A program made the position numbers and the translations under genes. Below, piece after piece: positions 29,101-42,255 of a stretch of DNA of 64,000 bases. The stretch spans positions 3,224,001-3,288,000 of the forward strand of contig JBITNC010000001.1 in NCBI GenBank assembly GCA_050084985.1. Reading direction: 5' to 3'. The first letter of the stretch is position 1; every line of letters begins with the position of its first letter. The notes below the pieces were generated by a model, which was not told where the DNA came from, did not search any database, and worked only from the letters and a program-made list of their open reading frames with translations. The DNA is from Nageia nagi (Eukaryota > Plantae > Pinophyta).

Positions 29101-31833
29101 AGATATGTTTAAAAGGATTTGTAAACTATTTGCCAAAATACCTCATCGAAATGTAGTATTGTGTAATCAAAATAAATACCTTGAAGGGACCTATGAATAT
29201 TTTTGATAAAATGCTTCATCTAAATGTAGTATTAAGTAAACAACATAAATACCTTGAAGTGACCTATGAATTATTTGATGAAATGCCTCATCGAAATGCA
29301 AACTTATGGGTGGCATTGATCATAGGATATATCCAAAATAAATGCATTGAAAGAGACCTATGAAACATTTAACCAAATGCCTCATCGGATGCAGACGTTA
29401 TGAATACGTTGAAGGGGCTTGTGATTAGTTTGATAAAATGCCTTATCGAATGGAATCTTTATGCTTTGCATTAGACGCAGGAAATGTCCAATAACAGATA
29501 AAATGAAAATATCTATGAATCGTTTGACAAATTGCCTCACCATAATACCAGAAAAGGAACAAAACGGATACGTGGAAAGCACCTGTAAATTGTTTGACCA
29601 ATTGCCTCATCAAATTGCATTTTTATGACCTGCAATGATCACTAATTCACATAAATGGATTCATTGTAAAGGCCAGTGAGTTTTTGGTTAAGATGCCTCA
29701 TCGATTTGCAGTCATGATGTTATGAACAAGATGAAGATGTTGGAAGGACTCGGTAATTGTTTGACAAAATGCCTCATTTGCATGAACACAACTAAGGTAT
29801 GGAAAGGACCCACGAATTGTATGACATAGCAACTCATCAAAATGTAGATAGGTACGTTGATGCCTTATTGAAATGCATTCTTATGTGTAACAATGATCAA
29901 TGGATTTGAATAAAATGGACACATTGAAAGGGCCTGTGTGTTGTGTGATTAAAGGCCTCTCACATGGATTCAATTTTAAAAGCAGAGCTAATCTTTGCGA
30001 TCCTTTGTTAGCATTCTTCCAGCATATACCACCGTGAAAGATCCATTAGAAGATATGAGCACCCATCAAGAGTAGATAAAAAAGGATTTTCATGGAATGT
30101 TGAGATCATGAATGTCCTGCTATACAAGCATGTAGTATATGGGAGGAAAATAGATGATCTAAAATGATGGACCCACGGACTCATAAACTGCAATGATTTT
30201 AATATGCACAAAATGGGTACGCTGAAAGGTTCTGTGATTCCATTGTAGAATATATTTGCGCATTTTTCCATATCATGGTTTTCTTTCCCTAAATATTCTA
30301 AACGGAAACAACCAAAAGTAATTAAACAAAAAACTTAGCAATGAAAAGAGAGAGGATTTTTCGTTGACAGAAAATCCCTAGCATCTGCAAGGATAAAGGG
30401 AGTGTGTAACCTGGTAATATCATCTAAACACTTAGAATAGAGAAAATATTATAAAATATAAGGTTATTCATAGAGAACTTCATTCATGGAGTCCATCTAC
30501 TCCATCTATAACTGTTGAGACTCTGATAGGAGGAAAACAAATGTTAGAATGGAGGTGTATCATATGGTTTATGGTAGATGTTTAGGCACTCCTGTGATCA
30601 TCCCTTCAAGTAGAGTACTATATTTTACGATCACTTTTATTCTACTTAAAAGAATTCAAAAAAGTATCTTGCCTTTTTAAATCCATATGACCTATCTTTT
30701 AAATTGGGAGTAATGCAAGGCCTAGCGTATGAAAATAAACTAGTACCACTTATCTCCATATACAAAATAGTACTTTATTTTCACATGGTTTTCTCAACAC
30801 CTTATTAATATCAAGAAAGTAATTTAAGGATAAAATATTTATGAAACAACTACTACACTAGGAGCTAAATTGAGAAATAACACCTAAAATATAAGATTGA
30901 GCAATGGAGAAGAGATTAACTTCTTGCTTCATAGGATCCAAAACTAATAAAAAAAAGAGATGTCTCCTCCTTTCTTTAAGGTTACCCAAGGTATTTATAG
31001 CTAAAGGTTGCTATAATATATCCAAGAAATGTGCATATTCATCCAACTCATATATTTTTATTTGAAAGGTGTAGGAATTTTATTTTTTGTGTTAGGTTTT
31101 AGGAAATTTTATTTGTAAGTGTTATATCATTAAAAATAATTTGGAACCTTCCTATTAGGCTACAAATATTTCCAATTATTTTATACACCTAACATAAGGA
31201 AACAAATTGTATGGGGATACCTTATCCATTATTTTCACAAAATCCCAAAATAACCTTGTAACCATAAAAAAAATGATAAATAATCCTTTTAACCCTAAAT
31301 TTTTATTTTCACCAAAATTTACTAAAAAATTCTAGTGAAAAATTCTAATTCAAATAATTGGAATATCCCTTGCATAATTTAAAAATAATCAAACAATTTT
31401 TAAAATACATATTATATTATTTTTTTAACACTCATATTTACCTGCGATGATCACTCATCATGCAAGGAATTTTTTTAGTGCATACACACACATACAACAT
31501 TAAAATCGAATAGTATGCAAAATAATTGAGTTGTGCATCTATATGATCTATGAAAGTCCTTGTGGCTATCAAAAATTCAATGCCAATCATTTTCTCTCTT
31601 ACCATATGTTCCCATAACAAACTCATCTTTAGTTCCATGGGATTCCAACTTGACTCCCACGTTGAGTCAACCTATAACATGTGTCACCACAACCTCGAAG
31701 CCAACATCAAATCAACATAAATGACGCATATATCCATTCATAATTCATTTCATAATGCAAATTATTTCAAACTTATTTTCAATTCCCCGAGATCATCAGG
31801 GTCTCAACAAGAGTATTCAGGTAGGTTGTTACA
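26150..31833 (-). repeat. 5' LTR (~5.7 kb) of the large element, same family as the solo LTR 4974-10465
   Basis: TG...CA termini, adjacent PBS, TATA at 30992-30999, and homology at both ends to 4974-10465. Confidence 0.75.
29020..30290 (+). pseudogene. Degenerate PPR (PLS/S-motif) array inside the LTR, antisense to the LTR
   Basis: About 13 copies of a GAATTGTTTGACAAAATGCCTCATCGAAATG-like core. ORF 29181-29363 reads YELFDEMPHRNANLWVALIIGYIQN. SILPA-like motif near 30005-30025. Confidence 0.85.
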
Positions 31834-32295
31834 ATCTTAGTGAAATTGCATTCATTTTTAGATGGGTATTGTTGCATAAATGAAAAATCCACTTTAGGTT
31901 TTAAATCCATACCTTGAATCAGGGTTTGCTTATTATTGGAAATTGTATTATTGTTTATTATGTGCATCCAAAATCATTATTTCATTTATTTTCATTTGAA
32001 AAGGAAAAAATTATCAAAAAAGAGCATACATTGGGAGGGATTACAAAACATTAATGAAGGAGTAGTGTGTATATCATTTTAATTTGCATCTCATATTATC
32101 TTTCTTGTACTAAATTCCTTCACATACCTAGGGAGTTAAGAGGGCATGTGGATTTAAGTACCACGACCTAGAAGTTGAGAACCAAAGTGGGAGTCCCCCT
32201 CCATTTAGGATAGGTTCCTATGGAGGTTACCAAAGGACCATTGTAAAACATTTTACATACCTATAAGATTCATCCTTTACCTCACTAAACACTTG

Positions 32296-35200
32296 TGTTG
32301 ATACCTAAAACTGATCCGCTTAACATGGCCCCACTTAGGTGCAACTTTATACATACATTTAATCACATTTTAGTCATATTTTACCTTATTATCACATATT
32401 TCTTAGGTTTTGTTCTTATATTTTATGTTATATACATTTGGTTAGCTTCAACCAATATTCAAATGATCAAATGGTGATAATATTATTTATCTAAATGTAA
32501 GTATCTCTAACTTGGGGAAAACATGTCAAGATTACATCTCTATAGTTAGTACCCAACACTTGGGTGTTTCTAAATGTTGCCTATTGAGATTGGAATCTTG
32601 TTATCACTCAAGTGAATATCCTTTATCCACTTATATCATCATATGCTCAATTCAACTTATCATCATCTTTTATCATCGATCCTTATTGGAAAGCCTCATT
32701 CCTCAAGAAAATTCACTCTTGCACTAGCATTCATTCCCATGTTGAGCTCTCAAATATTAACACCCACATTGGTGTTTTTTTTTGTAGTTGGCCTTGGGGT
32801 TCACACAACAAGGTCACTACTCTTTCATAAGTTCATCTGTTACATACTCAACTTTGATATAGGTGTTTATATTTCACTTGATTCTTTTCTATTTAGTGTG
32901 TGTAGCTTATTTTACATCTTGCATAAATGTAATTTCTTTATCCTATTATTATACTATTTTATTCCCTTATTCATGTATATTTATTTGAGTAAATTAGCTT
33001 AGACAATAATATAGTAAATGTTTATGTGTATTTAGTTCATTTAGAGTAAAACCCTAGGTGATACCAAAACACATATCAACATATTAGCACCCATCCATTT
33101 ATGGCTTTTTCTTTCTCTTAATTAGGGTTAGAATAAAAGTTTCTTTCAAACCTACAATTCTATCGCAATGTTAAAACTATTAAGGGTTTTGTTTGCGCAC
33201 TATATTCCTAAGTAATTTTTTGTTACTAGCAATTAAAATGCACATCTTATGCTAACCTTGTAGCCAAGAAAACTACAAAAAGAACAAGAATTGATATACC
33301 TAAGGTGGTTCAACGATGAAGTGAAAGAATTCATGTAAAATAACCATCTACCAATGTTTAGGGATAGATAACTAAAAAAACTACCAATAGTTATTCAAAT
33401 TAGGAGATTTTTGCAAATAAATCTGATAGTTCAACTAAGATATTAAATTAGAGGGTTAATTTAGATAATACTAGATATCAAACCTATCCAAATCAACAAC
33501 CTCCTATCACAATCGAAGAAGAGATCATTTCTTTATTGAGTGATGATGATATATTTAAGAAATGAGTTCTAAGGATAATAAGAACATTTTCATCAAGCTT
33601 TTTAGTGGATTACTAATTAATGAACAAGCTTATGTAGTTGATTTACCTAAAGATGAAGAAGTAACAAAATAACACAAGTTATAGCATTATAACAAGTACA
33701 AGGAGAATATACCTCCTGATGATATGAATCTCATATCTCAAAATACAAATTTGGGATTCTTAACAAATAGGTATACACCTATGTCAAATGTCCACTTATT
33801 TTTCCTTCTAAAAGCTAGTGTAGATGCCCACATCAGGGCGAGTACTAACCCTAGAATAGGATTAGAGCCATAGATAGAAGTAACAATTCCTATTCCTATA
33901 GTGGTTCCCATGACATATGTGGTTTAGGGAAATCAAAAATAAATTATGGTTTTAATCAACAACATAAATGAGAAACTTGCTCAAACTACTACATTTCAAT
34001 ATTTACTTCATCAAGAATCTCATGTTGATAATCTAGTCCCAATAGATAATGATAGTGGTCCAATCACACAAGTTGAATAGAATAGACAGGATGAACAAGT
34101 TCCATATTTCGATGAAGATATAAATATTGTTTTTGAAGATGAATGTAAGCAATAATATCCTTCAAAATATGAATAAATCAATAAACTTCTAATAGAGGTT
34201 GATACACCACATCCAGATTGATTAGGGGAAGATAACATGATCATATAAAAATTCCTTTATTCAGTAGATGATCATGCCATTGAAAACTTGAGTATTCTTG
34301 AAAAGATAAAGTATTATACATGGTTGCTTCCAAAAATTTAAAATAATTATATGACCCAAATAAGATTATTTCAAGTCAAGAACAAGCAGCCAATCCCTTG
34401 TACTCACACAAATGAGAACAAATATTAGGAAGAATAATTAGATAGACTACTTGCTCAAGCTATGCAACCAATTACTGGATGGAATCAAGAAGAAAATGAC
34501 ATTAGATGTACAAAAATTCTAAAATGTAATAAGAAGAAAATTTACAAAAATGAAATCAAATGTATAGTGATAAAGAGTGGTTTGTATCATCAATATCACA
34601 TAATATCATCCATGATGGAAATTATAAAATTGAAGCTTTTAAATTCTTCAAACCTAGATAGCAATTGGAAACTTTCAAAGAAGGTCAACATTCTGAACAA
34701 CCATTAGAAAATGCAAGGAAAGCTATTCAAGTAGTCATACCAACAGCACCCTTGGAGAATGCATTTCCAATGATAGCTCAAGATAGAATTGAAGGATTAT
34801 AGTAATAAGTTAATAAATTAGAAAAATACTAAGGACTGGGTACTCAATGAAAGGAAGAAAATAATCCCTTGTGTATGCAAATCAAAAATATCGTATTACT
34901 CTCTAGCAAAGAGTTGAACTTCATAAAACTTGATGGTACTACTAATCCTTATCTTCATGTATATATTTCTTCTGATGGAGTATCTTTAGTTACCTTGGAT
35001 GAGGACTTGCATGCTAAGTTATTTCCTTTGTCTCTAAAAGGAGAGGCTCCATAATAGTTTAGAAAATTGTCACATGCTAGCATTACTAGTTATACACAAT
35101 TGAAGATTGTATTTTGTGATAATTATCGAATACACATTACAAAGAAGGTTACATTTAATTACTTGATGAACCTAAATCAAAGAGAAGATCAATCTATTGA

Positions 35201-35900
35201 TAAGTTTATCAATTTTTAGACTAAAAAGACTAATCAGGTTTGTGGATATGATGACATGAAAATCATGGCCTTCCTTGAGGTACTTCAACCAAAGTATGTA
35301 ACAAAATATTTTAACTATCACAAAATGCCTTTTGATGAGTTTCTACAAGCATTATTAGAAAAGGAATAATTCAATATTAGATATGGACATTGTAAATCTA
35401 AATCAAAGATAAAAATAGATAAGTCACCTTCACCACCTCAACATTGGTACAAAAAGAAATAGTCCCAAGAATCTCAACTAGTAGACAAAGTGGAATCAGT
35501 ACAATAGGAAACAGTAGCAACAAATAAATTTAGAAAAGTGGATAAAGAAGAAAAATTAGTCTACATATAATATCATAAATTTCCTAGATGGAAATTTACA
35601 CTTATCCATGATGACATTGATGAGGTCATAAGGGCTTTGATAAAGAGCAAGTTATTAGTTCCATCATCTAATAGCAAAGACATGCAATAAAGTATTATGT
35701 GACATTACTCAATAAGATTCAGGGCCTGATTAATCAAAATAAGGTATCCTTGTCATAACCTAAGTCAAATGATAAGCCAAAGCAATTGTAATATCCTCAG
35801 CATGAGAAGAGAAAGAGCATGGACATAATCAACAACCCATTTCCAAATTTTATCAAAGCTAAATCATCAACTTTATGGGTAATCTTTTCCCACATGGAAA
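32296..35900 (+). mobile_element. 5' portion of a degenerate Ty3/gypsy element: LTR 32296-33081 plus gag remnants
   Basis: LTR termini TGTTGATA...TATCAACA. PBS-like TAGCACCCATCC at ~33085. Gag-like remnant LDGTTNPYLHV...LHAKLFPLSLKGEA (34869-35054). The right end is approximate. Confidence 0.6.
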
Positions 35901-38900
35901 AAAAGGTGCACATTACTATTTGTATTCTTTTAATTTATAGTTTTTTTACATGTATTCAGTATGATAAGTGTCTTTGTTTTGGTTTTGCAGTTAAATTCCC
36001 ACCAGATCCTTGTTTGTGTGATAGGATGCGATTCCCTTATCTTTCATCTTAACTACATTGGGTACATCCTTTAAACATTATGAATCAATCCTTCATGTCC
36101 CTTTGTAATTCTATATAAATGTTGAGATCAGCATGTACTGTACTTCCTTCCAAATCTTAAGAAGCCAATAATTTCTTGAGTTCATCTATATCTATTTAGA
36201 GGTCATCACTTATACTTTATCTAGTTTTGTTATCATTTAGTTTGGTTCCCTTTGATTACTTTTTTCTCATGTCCATTTGTCACTTTTTCCAACCTATCAT
36301 ATTTTTTTGGTGTCTAAACATTTCTAGAGAAATAAACTGGTGCTAAAGAGGTTGTAGCTAGAACCATTTGCTATTTGTTATACAACTGCTTACGTTGGAT
36401 TTTTTTTTCATTTTTCTTCCATAGTTGAAACTTTTTGGTTTCCTATCACTTGTGCCAAAAAAAAATATAGTTTCACCTTAATATTTTTCCTTATACCCAT
36501 TATTATCACCTAGGTTCATTTTTCCCTTAAGGTTCTTATGACCTCAAACCTAAACAAACATTGCCTTTTGATGACCAAAATATGAATTTTCATTTCTTTA
36601 TATCACCATGACCTGTTAAACTATAACTAGATCCCATAATTCCTTGAAAATGCTAGTTCCCATGTTGGGTTCTATTTACTTTTTTTAATACATATAAGAC
36701 CCCTAATGTAATATATAGGCCATTATATTCGTAAATCATCCATTATATTACCTAAGTAACCATTACCTATATCATGTCTTCACACTTAGCAAATTAAATC
36801 AACATAAAGTCTTAAATAATTTAATTAAAACTATGTCATAACACATTTAGGCATTCATGATAATATATTTTGATTATATTAATAAAAAAATAAGATTCTA
36901 CTTTGTATTTTCCAAATACATCCATCCATATATTCAAGTCTACATTAGTTCCCTATGCTAATAATGTTAGCAGTACCAAGGTGACACTTAGCTAGGCCTC
37001 TTTAGCCCAGTATGCTCCTCCAATGTTACAAGTGTTAACTATTTTTTCTTTTCAAGGAGAAAAAGGGGATAATAGGGATCTATGATCCTCCTTTTAATGA
37101 GGTGGTCCTCAAAGTAGTAACTTAGGTTTCTCTTTGGTTTTATGTAATAACTCAAATCATCTTTCCCATCAAAAGATCTCCTTTATTGTAAGATTTAACA
37201 CTTGTTGATATAACTTACAAGAGGAATCACTTAATTCAATTCAATTACATAAACTAGTTAGATTATCGAATTATTAAATTTCCTTCAATGGTATTTACTT
37301 GCTTTATTACACACAGCCAAGTGAATGTATATTGCAATCTAAGTCTTTTGATTATTATAGAATAAAGTTTCTATAAGTGTTTATCCTTGCTAAATAATTC
37401 TTGATAGAAATAATACTTAGTACAATTTGACTATAAAATTTAGTATTTAGTTTCACACACATTCTATATTTTTTAATCACTAAGTATTTGCTTGTTCTCA
37501 AAAAGTTAATATCACATTGCATAGCTTGAGTGAAATACTTTTACTTAGTAAAAATATAACTTAACATATAACTTCTTATAATTTCAAAAGGAAATCAATT
37601 CTCAAAGAAAAATATAGATAGTTGAATCTCTACTTGCAATTCATCTAAGTCTAAATAATGATCTCATAAAGAACTATATAACTACTTGAAGCAAAATGAA
37701 TGTTTTATTACCATATGCTTGTAAACTTTCTTTATAAATTTGTATAAGTGTTAGAGATCAAGCTCTACTAGAGAGATATATAAAATGACTTATATTATGA
37801 ATTTTATAATGATTTGAGGTGATTACTCCTCCAAAAATCCTAACTACCTAGGAAATCCTAATCATCTCTATAACCCTAGTTCACTTTGCCAACCCTAGTT
37901 ACTTCTAGAAAAGAGATGCAAAATTTGACTAACTTCTTGAGAAAAGGGATGAAAGATTAAACTAAGTCCTTTTCTTAAGGTTACATTTTATTCCAAAAAA
38001 TAATCCAAGTCTAGAAAAATAAGATTGAAAAACAATCTAGCTTTGAAAAATAGGATTTGAAAAATAGCCTAAGTCCTTTTCCCAAATTAACATCTCCATA
38101 ATTTATTCAATGCTTTGAATTTATTCAATATTCAATTACAATATTCATCATCAAATTGAATATATTTTTCTCTTTTCTTGAACATTCTCCCTTGGATACA
38201 AGTACTTCATTTGTTTCTTTTGAATATGGTTCACCTGTAGTAGGTCTCCTTTCTAGCTCAAATCTCATAATCTCATGTTCGTTCACACAATTCTTATTTT
38301 TTTACCTTTGTGTATATTACATGTGGTTATATCCTACAAATAATATATTTATATTAGAGGATTAAATTAGATCTTCATAGAAAAAATCATAATGAAATTA
38401 GTAGAATACTCCCCTTTTCATGTTTCATGGTCTCGTTAGTTATAAGGGTGAAAGGAGGAAGTTTTCTTATGCGTAAGTATCTTGGAATTCAATTTTTATA
38501 TTCTCACATAGAATATATCTTCTTAACCTCTATAATAGTTCAAATGGAATGAAAAATGAAACCCAAATTTGGAAGTTATGACTATTTGATGATTAGAACT
38601 TCTTCATTCCTATTCATGTGACTCAGTCATTCAAATTGATTTTCTACCTTCCAACATTGTATTAGGTCTCAAAATATTATTATAATCATAGGAAACATTA
38701 TCTTCTTTCCAACACATCTAATGGCACTAAAAAATGGTGTCTCAATGGAAGTACTATGACCATTTAAAAAAATATATATATATATCATTTGGATTTGTTT
38801 TGAACAATTTATGATAGAATTGGTGATTGAGATTTTGATTAAAAAAAGAGGCAAAGATGAAATCTTCATAATTATTGCATATGATATTAGTTTTTTATAA

Positions 38901-39164
38901 AATTTTAGATATGGATGGTTATTCATGGTACCTATATAAAACAAAAAATTTAATAGGATTTGATATTTTTTTCAACAATGATGGTGAAATTTTGTTTTTG
39001 ATATTATTAAAAAAAATGATGAATAGTGATGTATGGAAAAGTTTGGGTGATGACTTGGCATGAGCTGGTAATGCAATTAAAAATATTTAGGATGTATTAG
39101 ATAAATATATAAAAATGGAAAAGAAACATCCTTATATTCCTAATAATCTACGTTTTCATGAGGA

Positions 39165-39570
39165 TCTAGTTCCTTTGAGTTTAGAAGAGCATGTTGTAGA
39201 GTGTGAGGTCCTTCCTCTCACTTGTATCAAGTGTAAATGATGTGGATATAGTTTCTTCATGTTTATTGGAACATGTTGTAGAGTGTGAGATCCTTCCTCT
39301 CACTTGTATTAGTGTAGATTATGTGTATTATATATATATTATATTTATTGGAGTATGTTGTAGAGTGTGAGGTCCTTTCTCTCACTTGTATTAGTGTAAA
39401 TAATGTGGATCCAATTTTTTCAGGTTTATTGGAGCATGTTGTAGAGTTTGAAGTCCTTTCTCTCACTTGTGTCAAGGTATATGATATGGGTCCAATTTGT
39501 TTAAATTTATTGAAGCATATTTTAGAGTGTGAGGATATCCCTCTCACTTATATTAGCATAGACATGGTAG
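39165..39570 (+). repeat. Minisatellite, 5 x 81-82 bp
   Basis: Core TTGTAGAGTGTGAGGTCCTT(C/T)CTCTCACTTGTAT recurs at 39194, 39276, 39358, 39439 and 39520. Confidence 0.9.
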
Positions 39571-41715
39571 AGCAATAAGATTTTTTAGAGTATTCATGCT
39601 TGGATTTTAGAGTGTAGCAGATAGAATTTAGAGCTTGCAAGAGTACTTCAGAGCACATAAGTACCATGGTAGTTTCTTTGTTGATTATTTTGGATCATTC
39701 ATTTTATTTTCCACTTCTTAACAACAACATTATCATTGCTTTAATGGGATTTTGATACTCATATAGGCTCTTATTTAGATTTGGTGCATTATTGGGTACT
39801 TTGGACGAGTTGGATTCTTTGGCTCTTTGCTATCTCTATTATTTATGAAGGGATTATACTTTGTATTTTAGAAAGATTTGATAAAAAATATTTTTAAAGA
39901 GGTCACCACTGTAATGACCCTCCTTAGTAGATTAGTAAGATATTTTATGATGATGTGTGGTGGAATTATGTTAATGTGTGTAGGCTATTATGTTTTGATG
40001 TATAGTGTGTACAAGCTTTAAAGAAAATACTTGCTTAAGAGGGTAGTAATATTATTAACACATAACATGTTATTTATATTATATTAGTATTTATCCCACA
40101 TGTAATAGGTTTGAAAAGTGAAGATTCACAAAGGGCTATTTATATGAAGCCTTCCCTATTGTAATAATGAAGCAAGAAATATAGTTTTATTTGAGAAGAG
40201 AACTTGTTAAGTAGGAGGTTCCCCCTTGAAGTGGTGCAAGTGATTCAGTTACTTTAGTAAGTGGTATTTATAATGGTTTTGCATATTTGAATGGTATTTG
40301 CATATTGGAATGGTTTTATGTGTACTTGTGAATAATCTGGATTATTATGAAATAATGGATTCTTAACATCAATGTTAAGATCCTAGGCATGCAGATTCAC
40401 TAATAGATCAACCTTTTGGTGTAATGATTCCTAGCATTTGGTATCATACAAGGCCATACATTCCAAGTTTAAATCCTTAAAAAGGGCTACCATGGAAAGG
40501 GCTACCTAGCAAAGACTAGAGTGAGAGCCATCATGAGTGAAAACCACTACGAGTGATATTCATTGAGGATATCAAATTTGGGGCATGGTGAAATTTTAAG
40601 ATCTTGGATGTGTTGATTCATTAACAGATCGACCTTTTGGTGTAATGGTTCCTACCATGAATGAAACTCCAAATCCCAAAGTGTAGGAAAGTAAGTTCCA
40701 ATGAAGGTTGAAGAGCATCCTTATGGATATCATCCCATCTTACCAAAATACATGAGTGCTAGCTACTGTAACCACTTAGTTGATTAGGGAATGAAGCTAA
40801 ATATAAGGTTTTCTCACCAAATGTACCATCATATAAGATATTCAAGGTTAAAGAAATCAAATGAAGGAAAATCAAATAATCTTTATCCAGAAGATCTAAC
40901 ATGATGAGGTAATAGGAAGATCACCAAGTCAACCTTGAGGGAAAAGAGAAGTAACCATGAGTTGGGCTATGATACCTTGAAGGCATATAATGACACTCAA
41001 GAATACCCCCTTTAAAAATGGCATATGCTAATGCTTCTCAATATTGATCAAAGTGTCTCATAAGGAGTATATAGGTTTTAAAAAAAAACATAATTGTAAG
41101 GATAGTCGAGCTCAAAGTGACTTCACAAGCACAATAGTGTGATCTTCACCTATACATAATAAGGTCATAAAAAGTATTATAATTAGTATTCTAATGGTAG
41201 GGATTAATAAAACCATCCAAAGTGAAGAGCTCGGAGTCTACTTCCCAATGCAAAAAATGAGGGAAACAACAGATGTCTAGAGCTCAAGTTATGAAATTAA
41301 CAAGGTTGAGTGTTAAAAAACAAAATTTGGACCTAAAAATATTACAAAATTAATTCAACCAAATTAATGATTTTAATTAATTCCTAAATTGAAAACTTCA
41401 AACTAAGAGTGTGGGAAATAAAAATAATCAAACGGGATCGTATTTATAGTTGAAATGACTAGCACGAAACCAAGAACATTATAAAATTGACAGTTCCAAA
41501 AAATAACCATCAAAACTTTGAATAAGACCAAAAAATTGTTGATGACTAAAGAAGTCCAAAAATAAATGAAGTCCCCAAAATGCTCTTTAATGTAAGAGAG
41601 CAAATTGTTTCCAAGATTGACTCATAAGGAGTTATTTGCAACACTCGTTAGATTTTGACTAGAAATTTATAAGGCAAAATATCAAAGACCAAGACTTGTA
41701 TATACAATAACAGAA

Positions 41716-41740
41716 TAGGGTTTAGGGTTTAGGGTTTAGG
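41716..41740 (+). repeat. Plant-type telomeric repeat tract TAGGG(TTTAGGG)2TTTAGG
   Basis: Read directly. The G-rich strand points toward the retroelement array. Confidence 0.9.
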
Positions 41741-42170
41741 TTTTTAAAAATTAGTTTATTAAAAATTAAGTTTTATAAAAATTCAAGTTTTATAAAAATT
41801 CAAGTTTTATAAAAATTCAAGTTTTATAAAAATTTAAGTTTTATAAAAATTCAAGTTTTATAAAAATTTTAAGTTTTATAAAATTAAGTTTTATAAAATT
41901 TTATAAAAATTTGTTTTATAAAAATTTAGTTTTATAAAAAATTAAGTTTTATAAAAATTTAAGTTTTATAAAAATTTAAGTTTTATAAAAATAGTTTAAA
42001 ATTGCTTTATAAAAATTTTGTTTTAAAAAATTTTAGTTTTATAAAAATTTTATAAAATTTTAATTTTATTATTAAGTTTTATAAAAATTTAAGTTTTAAA
42101 AAAATTTAAGTTTTATAAAAAATTTAGTTTTATAAAAATTAAAGTTTTATTAAATTTTTATAAAAATTTA
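41741..42170 (+). repeat. ~17-bp tandem repeat (AAGTTTTATAAAAATTT)n, about 25 imperfect copies
   Basis: Read directly. It runs seamlessly into TTATAAAAATTTACCAAATCAC of the first PLE unit. Confidence 0.95.
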
Positions 42171-42255
42171 CCAAATCACTGGCAGCTTACATTCAAACAA
42201 CGAGAGATAAATTTTAAAAAAATTACAATTTTTCAATTACAAATATCACAATCTA

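Larger units (their letters stand above)
11426..31833 (-). mobile_element. Large non-autonomous (LARD-like) or heavily decayed LTR retroelement hosting two nested insertions
   Basis: 5' LTR 26150-31833 (TGTAACAACC...CATTACA). PBS TGGTATCAAATC at 26137-26148. PPT-like AAGGGGGTAGTA at ~11587-11600. Truncated 3' LTR 11426-11586 matches 31676-31833 (shared TGTGTCACCACAACCTCGAAGCCAACATCAAA). Its own internal region is ~3 kb with no recognisable ORF. Confidence 0.65.

Noticed and set aside
29020-30290. Functional PPR gene
   Set aside because: It has frequent stops, frameshifts and truncated motifs, and lies inside an LTR.
24715-39570. CRISPR-like arrays (24715-25023, 29030-29965, 39165-39570)
   Set aside because: The 'spacers' are homologous to each other, the repeats are degenerate, no cas genes are present, and the context is eukaryotic.
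39880-41715. Defined LTR element(s) left of the telomere tract
   Set aside because: There are PPT/LTR-like hints (TGTAATGACCC at 39910, a short repeat at 40406/40627), but boundaries and partner LTRs could not be established.
41716-41740. Actual present-day chromosome end
   Set aside because: The tract is only 25 bp and is followed by more than 22 kb of mutated array. Distance to the true terminus cannot be seen from this window.
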